A stretch of DNA of 64,000 nt, taken from the IMG/VR virus record IMGVR_UViG_3300036944_000273, positions 938 to 64,937 of that record, one strand, 5' to 3'. This document shows, piece after piece, positions 57,638-64,000 of the stretch. The stretch is from a virus. Its lineage: Duplodnaviria > Caudoviricetes. Each line of letters starts with the position of its first letter. Position 1 is the stretch's first letter. The position numbers and the translations under genes are program-made. The notes under the pieces are model-generated. The model had not been told where the DNA came from. It worked only from the letters and a program-made list of their open reading frames with translations, and searched no databases.

Positions 57638-57811
57638 ATGAACGAATCTGATTTCAGACTTGGTATAATCAATGTAGCAGCTTTAGCTATGTCATATTCT
57701 AATCTTGAATCATGGTTTAAGGTAGTACTACTTGGCGTGACCATTGGATATACGATTACAAAATGGGTCATGTTATTTTATAAAAAAAATGAACCAATCG
57801 AAGATAAGTGA
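57638..57811 (+). CDS. Putative holin/antiholin
   Basis: 57 aa, two hydrophobic segments (VVLLGVTIGYTITKW), in the lysis cassette. Confidence 0.55.
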   Translation: MNESDFRLGIINVAALAMSYSNLESWFKVVLLGVTIGYTITKWVMLFYKKNEPIEDK

Positions 57812-58031
57812 TTTCTTAAAATCCAAAGGCGAATATTCACACACGAGACTCATTTCTATAATTGGGTCTTTTGTTGTTTTTGGGGCTTTCATATATGACT
57901 CATCGAATAATGGTTTGCAGGATTTGATGGCCATTGTTATCTCGGGTTCTTTAATTAACGCAACCGCATCTAAATTTTCAAAACATGAAACTATCAGAAC
58001 ACCTAGACCTGGTGGAGGTGACGAGATCTGA
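57789..58031 (+). CDS. Putative holin
   Basis: KGEYSHTRL plus two TM segments, directly before the endolysin. Confidence 0.6.
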   Translation: MNQSKISDFLKSKGEYSHTRLISIIGSFVVFGAFIYDSSNNGLQDLMAIVISGSLINATASKFSKHETIRTPRPGGGDEI

Positions 58032-58431
58032 GTATGCTAAAAGAAATGGCATTAATAATATGCCTAATGCTGAGTATACTGAGAATCTAATTGAACTAGC
58101 AAAGAAAATATTTGAGCCAATTAGGGTTCACTTTAATAAGCCTATTCATATCTCAAGTGGCTTTCGCTCAAAGATGTTAAATGCTGCTATTGGTGGTGCT
58201 AAGAATTCACAGCATACCAAAGGTCAGGCAATTGACATTGACCAGGGCAATAGGAAAGAGAACATGGAGATTTTTGATTTCATCAAAAACAATTTAGAGT
58301 TTGATCAGCTTATTAATGAGTTTGGCTACGATTGGATACACGTGTCTTACAACACAGATGGCAAGCAAGCCAAGCAGGTATTAGATGCCATCAAAGAAGG
58401 GAAAGTAACTAAATACATTACACATAAATGA
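57985..58431 (+). CDS. Endolysin, peptidase M15A family
   Basis: ISSGFRS..GGAKNSQH..GQAIDI..WIHVSY. Confidence 0.9.
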   Translation: MKLSEHLDLVEVTRSEYAKRNGINNMPNAEYTENLIELAKKIFEPIRVHFNKPIHISSGFRSKMLNAAIGGAKNSQHTKGQAIDIDQGNRKENMEIFDFIKNNLEFDQLINEFGYDWIHVSYNTDGKQAKQVLDAIKEGKVTKYITHK

Positions 58432-58880
58432 GAAATCTATTAGCCATCCTGTCAATTTTTTTAATATTCTCTTGCAAGCCTGCAAAGACTGTAACGGTTA
58501 CAAAAGAGATTGTTCGAATTGACACGGTACGTGATTACAAAGTAATTACAAAGTATGATGCGGTGCATGACACGCTAACCATTGAGAACCCATGCGATTC
58601 TTCTGGCATCTTAACGAGTTTCTATAGCCGGATCAAGATACCACAAGGAAAGGTAGTCGTTCGTTCTGTACGTGGCAAGATTCAGGCCATATTAGACATT
58701 GATTCGATTGAAAGTGTTTATGAAAAAAAGTATCGATCATTAGTCGGAAAAAGTGTGCAAAACAAAGAAATATTGGTCGTAAAAAATGTGATACCTAAAT
58801 GGGCTATTTGGTTTATGGCTATAAGTGGAGTTTTTTCTTTCTTGTATATTAGAAATTTTATCCTTAAATTTACAACGTAA
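58428..58880 (+). CDS. Putative unimolecular spanin
   Basis: Lipobox LIFS-C at the N-terminus plus a C-terminal TM (WAIWFMAISGVFSFLYI), after the endolysin. Confidence 0.7.
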   Translation: MRNLLAILSIFLIFSCKPAKTVTVTKEIVRIDTVRDYKVITKYDAVHDTLTIENPCDSSGILTSFYSRIKIPQGKVVVRSVRGKIQAILDIDSIESVYEKKYRSLVGKSVQNKEILVVKNVIPKWAIWFMAISGVFSFLYIRNFILKFTT

Positions 58881-58894
58881 TAAACCGAGTGTTA

Positions 58895-58974
58895 GTGTAG
58901 GACCTAATATTCGATTTAAACAGTTGTAAAACTAAACAGCCCCGACGGTCCTACACGTTGGGGTTTTGTTTTTT
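58895..58974 (+). promoter_or_regulatory. Terminator with an upstream loop-complementary sequence (attenuator/pseudoknot-like)
   Basis: Hairpin GCCCCGACG-GTCCTACA-CGTTGGGGT plus T-tract; GTGTAGGACC (58895-58904) is complementary to GGTCCTACAC (58947-58956). Confidence 0.6.
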
Positions 58975-59505
58975 ATGGAAGATTTAATATGGTTCCCTAT
59001 TGTCGGGTATGAAGGATTGTACGAAATAACTAAATGCGGTAAAGTTAAATCGTTGGATAAAACTAGAATTGGAGTTTGCAAAAGAAATTATAAAGGAAAA
59101 TATATTTCAATTGTAAAAGTTGGAATAGGATATTATTCTGTTTCTTTATTTAAAAATGGAATAAAAAAGAAATGGCTTTTGCATAGATTGGTTGCCATGT
59201 GTTTTTTAGATAAAATAGAAGGTAAAGATTTTGTTAATCATAAAGACAGCAATAAATCAAACAATCATGTTGACAATTTAGAATGGGTTTCTTCAATAGA
59301 AAACAATTGTCATATGCAAAAAAATAAAAAAACAACTTCAAAGTATACAGGAGTATATTTGCATGTAGATAAAAAAAGATATGTTGCTAAAATAAATCAT
59401 AATGGTAAAAAAAATCATTTAGGTATATTTGAAACTGAAGAAATGGCTTATTTGGCTAGGGTTAACTTTGAGGTAGCAAATAATATAGATAATAAGTATC
59501 TTTAA
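58975..59505 (+). mobile_element. NUMOD4-HNH-AP2 homing endonuclease
   Basis: W.PIVGYEGLYEIT..G.VKS; HRLVA..F; VNHKD.NK.NN.VDNLEW; SKYTGV..HLGIF.TEE.A; very AT-rich. Confidence 0.9.
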
Positions 59506-59546
59506 AAATATGTATTTTTGTAAGATAATAAATAAAAATATCTTAT

Positions 59547-62500
59547 ATGTGTGCTAGGATTTCAACGTACCCTAATGATACTAATGTTATTGGAGCTGAT
59601 CGGTGGATAGGCAGCCAATCTGATAATAATGATGTAACCAAGAACTTTACAGCTGATGCGGTTGCATCTTATTTTAATAGATCAGCCATTATTGATACTG
59701 GCCAATTCTCATGGGACTTCATTCCTTATAATAATACACAGCCTCAACCTGAGAAGACTTTTATGAAGGTTGGCTATCTAAACGATAGCATCAACATTAA
59801 TAACCTAGAAGGCGTATTGCGTGTATCTGCACTAACGCTTGGTAATCAACAGCCTGGTGATTTTATTGCAGGTGAGTGGGTGGGCCAAAACATCTTAATC
59901 CATATACCTGGAGCACCTAGTGCGTATTGCATCTATACTGTAGATTCATTGGTTCTAGATGGATCATGGTATTACTTAATGGAGCTTTCGTTTGTATCAG
60001 GAGTCTCATTTACACTTTTAAAAAATAAGCCATTAGTATTTGGCTATTTTGGAGGAGCCAATCTTTCGGAAGTATACTCTGTCTTTGGTAGAACGGGTGA
60101 TATAGTTGCAGAATATGGCGACTACACGACTTCTTTAGTGCCGGAGGGAACAAACCTTTACTTCACTACCGCTCGTGCCCGTGAGTCGATTTCTACCACG
60201 GTAACTGGCTTGCTATATAGTAATTCAACTGGTATATTGTCACTTGACACAGGATACTTTATTCCAACAACTACCCAAGAGGCAAACTGGAACTTAGGGT
60301 ATAATAACTCTATTGTATCTGCTAGTGTAACTGGTACATCAAGTAAGACTTTAACTTTGAACCAACAAGACGGTGGTACAATTACTACCGTTTGGTCTGA
60401 CTACTCCCCTGTCGATTCCGTCTTTGGGCGTACAGGTGCGATTGTTGCGGCTAATGGTGACTATAATACATCTCAGGTTACCGAGCAGACAAACTTATAC
60501 TTCACGGATGCTCGCTCTCGGTCGGCTATCTCACTTACCACAACAGGTACGTCAGGAGCTGCGACATATAGCTCGAGCACAGGAGTATTAAATATTCCTC
60601 AATACCAAGGGGGTGTTACTAGCTTTAATACACGTACAGGTGCAGTTACATTAACATCAGGCGACGTAACAGGTGCGTTAGGGTTCACTCCTTACAATGC
60701 AACCAATCCCGATGGATTTATTACATCTGCAGCTTTAGCTGGATATGTGCCAATCACACGAACAATTACTGTCAACGGAGATACGCAAGCATTATCTGCC
60801 AACGTAAGTTTTAGTGTTGCAGGTGGTGTGACTAGTTTTAATACTCGAACAGGAGCAATTACTCTTACATCGGGTGATGTGACAACAGCGTTAGGTTTTA
60901 CTCCTGAGAATGCAGCAAACAAAGGCATCGCTAATGGCTATGCAAGTTTAGATTCAAATGGCACAGTACCAACGACTCAGCTTCCTGCTTCAATTGTTGG
61001 AGGATTAAATTACCAAGGGGTATGGAATGCAACGACAAACACACCAACCTTAACCCAACCTCAGACAGGTGTCGACGGGTACTTCTACATTGTAAATGTA
61101 GCAGGTGTGCAGTTTGGGATTGACTTTGAGATTGGTGACTGGATTGTTAACGGAGATAATATATGGTCCAAAATTGACAACACGGATAAAGTGGCGTCAG
61201 TATTTGGTAGAACAGGTATTGTTACTGCACAATCTGGCGATTATACAACAACATTAGTAACAGAAGGTACAAACCTTTACTACACAGATACACGTGCAAG
61301 AGCATCTATCTCTCTAACAACAACAGGGACAAGTGGGGCAGCTACGTATAACACAGCTACAGGTGAATTAAACATCCCTAACTATGCAGCAGCTGGAACA
61401 GGCTTGCCTGCAGGGGGAACAGCAGGTCAAATCTTATCTAAGATTGATGCAGTAGATTACAATACAGAATGGATTGATAACTATGCTACTCAAGTTAAAA
61501 ATGAGGTAAAGTTAGGTGCGGCATTAACTATTGGTACGCCTGTTTATGTATCAGGTGCCAATGGTACAAATATAATTGTTTCTGCTTCCTCAAATACAAC
61601 AGAAGCCGGGTCATCTAAGACATTTGGTCTACTTGAGATAGGTGGTGCATTAAATGATATTGTCAAATGTGTGACGTATGGCTTAATTGATGGGCTAGAC
61701 ACATCTGCTGCTAATGCAGCTGGTGATCCGGTTTGGTTGGGACCAAATGGCACATTATTATATGGACTTGCTAACAAGCCTTATGCACCTGCTCACATGG
61801 TGTACATTGGAGTTGTAACAAGAAAGCAGTCTAATAACGGAGAGATTTTTGTTAATATTCAAAATGGATTTGAGTTAGATGAGCTTCACAATGTGTCAGC
61901 AAGAACTCCATCTAATAATGACATTTTATATTATAGCACAGCTACATCATTATGGCAGACGGCCTCAATACCAACTGTATTAGGGTATACGCCTGAGCAG
62001 CAATTGACATTTAGCTCTCCCCTATCAAGAAGTGTTAATACAATCTCAATTCCTGCAGCCACATCTAGTGTAAATGGATATTTAACATCTACAGATTGGT
62101 CAACATTTAACAGCAAAGAACCTGCCATTACAGCAGGCACAACTGCTCAGTATTGGAGAGGAGATAAGACCTTCCAAACATTAAATACATCAGTTGTTCC
62201 TGAGGGAACAAATCTTTACTTCACCAACTCACGTGCTAGACTAGCTATCAGTTTAACGAACACAGGCACGAGTGGTGCAGCGACGTACGACAACGCAACA
62301 GGTATATTTAACATTCCTACCTACCAAGGTCAGATTACTTTGACTACGACAGGTACGAGTGGCCCGGCAACATTTAGTTCTAACACATTAAATATTCCGC
62401 AGTATAGTGTCAACCCATCAGCTAGAAATGAGAATACATTTACAGCTACTGCAGGGCAGACAACATTCACCATTACAGGTGGCTACACGGTAGGCTTAGT

Positions 62501-63857
62501 TGACGTATATGTCAACGGTGCTAAGTATGCACCTGCTGACTTTACAGCGACGAACGGCACGACAGTCGTGCTAGGTGTGCCTTTACTTGTGGGCGACATT
62601 GTTGACATTATTAACTACACTTCTGCGATTGCTGTCCTTCCGACATCAAGAGATGTGATTGACTACACAGCAACGGCCGCTCAGACTACTTTCACGGTTA
62701 GTGGAGGCTACACAGTTGGCTTGTTAGATGTGTATGTGAACGGAACGAAGCTAACGTCTTCTGAGGTGACAGCGACGAACGGCACAACATTTGTGTTAAC
62801 AGTTGCTTCGGTGGTTGGGGATCAGGTGCAGGCCATTAGGTACAACTCTTCGGTGACAGGTATCTCGGGAAGCGGTACGGCAAACTATGTGCCTAAGTTT
62901 ACTGCGACAGGGACGATTGGGAATAGTAGTATAATAACTGATGCCTCCAATAACGTATTAATAAATACTACAAGTTCTACTGGTGCAATTAATACTGATG
63001 CAAATAGATCAAATTTAGTATTAGGAGCCGCAACAAGTAGTAAAATTTCTTTTAATAATGGTTCAACAACAGCAACCGGTTTTATATATAATAGTACAAC
63101 TGAAACATCTATAGGATATCCTTTAAGTGGTTCATTTAGCGTGCAACAAGTTGGAGGAGGAAATAGGATGACTATTAATTCTTCAGGAACTGTTTACATA
63201 AACGCAACTTCAGGAGGATATAGTGCACCTAGATTATATGTTGATAATGGAGCTACTACATCAATTGGATTTGTAATTGTTTCTGATAATGCAGGTAGAT
63301 TAGCTAGATTTAATAATAGAGATTATAATGACACAAATACAGGTAGCTCTTTAAGGTTTGGATTTGGTTCTGGAACTGGAGATACATTTGCGACCATAAA
63401 TGCTTATAAGTCTGGAGAATCTACTACTGGTAATTTAATCTTAAATCAAGGTGGCGGCCAAGTTGCAATTGGTACAACATCTGTAAAATCCGTATTAGGT
63501 TCTAATACTAAATTAACAGTAGCTGGTTCAGGAAGTAACGGCGGAGGAGTTGCGGGGGCTTCGGTTGGCTCGATTGCTGGCTCTGGTACTGGTGCCGTTG
63601 GATTAGACATTTCAATTGATGCTTTAGATGGCGGATTAACTTTAATCTTTTTAGCAAGTAGAAATACTGCAGCAGGAACTAGTACAGCATCTGCCGTTTA
63701 TATTATTAGTTTCTATTATTCTGATAACAACTTTCCTTCTATATCTTACTTAGGTGGAACATCTAATTTTGTATCATTTGGTTCAAGTGGAGGAAAATTA
63801 ACAGCAACAAATAGTGCAGGTGGTAACTGGAATTATAGTTGGTTTGCTAGTAAATAA
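59547..63857 (+). CDS. Long fibre protein (tail or head fibre) with repeated modules
   Basis: SVFGRTG...EGTNLYFT.ARAR repeats, VTSFNTRTGA x2, KGIANGYASLD, TATAGQTTF..VYVNG x2; TATTTTTG box at 59513. Confidence 0.8.
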   Translation: MCARISTYPNDTNVIGADRWIGSQSDNNDVTKNFTADAVASYFNRSAIIDTGQFSWDFIPYNNTQPQPEKTFMKVGYLNDSININNLEGVLRVSALTLGNQQPGDFIAGEWVGQNILIHIPGAPSAYCIYTVDSLVLDGSWYYLMELSFVSGVSFTLLKNKPLVFGYFGGANLSEVYSVFGRTGDIVAEYGDYTTSLVPEGTNLYFTTARARESISTTVTGLLYSNSTGILSLDTGYFIPTTTQEANWNLGYNNSIVSASVTGTSSKTLTLNQQDGGTITTVWSDYSPVDSVFGRTGAIVAANGDYNTSQVTEQTNLYFTDARSRSAISLTTTGTSGAATYSSSTGVLNIPQYQGGVTSFNTRTGAVTLTSGDVTGALGFTPYNATNPDGFITSAALAGYVPITRTITVNGDTQALSANVSFSVAGGVTSFNTRTGAITLTSGDVTTALGFTPENAANKGIANGYASLDSNGTVPTTQLPASIVGGLNYQGVWNATTNTPTLTQPQTGVDGYFYIVNVAGVQFGIDFEIGDWIVNGDNIWSKIDNTDKVASVFGRTGIVTAQSGDYTTTLVTEGTNLYYTDTRARASISLTTTGTSGAATYNTATGELNIPNYAAAGTGLPAGGTAGQILSKIDAVDYNTEWIDNYATQVKNEVKLGAALTIGTPVYVSGANGTNIIVSASSNTTEAGSSKTFGLLEIGGALNDIVKCVTYGLIDGLDTSAANAAGDPVWLGPNGTLLYGLANKPYAPAHMVYIGVVTRKQSNNGEIFVNIQNGFELDELHNVSARTPSNNDILYYSTATSLWQTASIPTVLGYTPEQQLTFSSPLSRSVNTISIPAATSSVNGYLTSTDWSTFNSKEPAITAGTTAQYWRGDKTFQTLNTSVVPEGTNLYFTNSRARLAISLTNTGTSGAATYDNATGIFNIPTYQGQITLTTTGTSGPATFSSNTLNIPQYSVNPSARNENTFTATAGQTTFTITGGYTVGLVDVYVNGAKYAPADFTATNGTTVVLGVPLLVGDIVDIINYTSAIAVLPTSRDVIDYTATAAQTTFTVSGGYTVGLLDVYVNGTKLTSSEVTATNGTTFVLTVASVVGDQVQAIRYNSSVTGISGSGTANYVPKFTATGTIGNSSIITDASNNVLINTTSSTGAINTDANRSNLVLGAATSSKISFNNGSTTATGFIYNSTTETSIGYPLSGSFSVQQVGGGNRMTINSSGTVYINATSGGYSAPRLYVDNGATTSIGFVIVSDNAGRLARFNNRDYNDTNTGSSLRFGFGSGTGDTFATINAYKSGESTTGNLILNQGGGQVAIGTTSVKSVLGSNTKLTVAGSGSNGGGVAGASVGSIAGSGTGAVGLDISIDALDGGLTLIFLASRNTAAGTSTASAVYIISFYYSDNNFPSISYLGGTSNFVSFGSSGGKLTATNSAGGNWNYSWFASK

Positions 63858-63876
63858 TATAGAAAATAAATAGTTA

Positions 63877-64000
63877 TGACAAAAATATCGAATCAATATA
63901 GTTTAACCAATGTCCTCACCGCTGATACGGTTAATAATAGGTTAGGCATAAATAATGGCAGCCCAACCGTAGCTTTGGATGTCACGGGGGCGGGGAAGTT
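63877..64000 (+). CDS. Start of a further fibre gene (3'-truncated)
   Basis: MTKISNQYSLTNVLTADTVNNRLGINNGSPTVALDVTG, a fibre repeat motif. Confidence 0.7.

Noticed and set aside
1-64000. Stop-codon reassignment as in some crAss-like phages
   Set aside because: Long genes are intact in the standard code, TAG and TGA end genes at sensible places, and no suppressor anticodon was seen

Overview
The window is most of the genome of a lytic-looking, podovirus-type dsDNA phage, probably infecting Bacteroidota. The host call rests on many TAnnTTTG promoter boxes and on BACON, SprB and BT4734-like domains. The + strand (1-32495) carries a crAss-like virion module: a tail-fibre end with a Peptidase S74 chaperone, a double-GroES protein, terminase, portal, scaffold, capsid, ring proteins, muzzle, and ejection proteins including a 3148-aa polyvalent protein. 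The - strand (32548-50349) carries replication, recombination and early genes (primase-helicase, SF2 helicase, VRR-NUC, RecE-like nuclease, Sak-like annealase, MazG, phosphoesterase) and two abnormal tRNA-like elements. A divergent non-coding region at 50350-50950 is followed by groEL-groES, many tiny Lys-rich ORFs, a lysis cassette, an HNH gene and fibre genes. No DNA polymerase, RNA polymerase, integrase or CRISPR array was recognised. Best candidates for new biology: (1) a cassette that appears to split the muzzle gene, adding a BACON + poly-Thr mucin-like + SprB arm and two glycosyltransferases, a candidate phage O-glycosylation system for a tail appendage; (2) a dnaX-type -1 frameshift signal early in the giant ejection gene that yields a short protein ending in beta-strand-like segments; (3) a small basic gene nested out of frame in the same gene; (4) tandem tRNA mimics with aberrant anticodon arms; (5) a duplicated origin-like non-coding element. 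All family assignments come from motif recognition by eye, not database searches.
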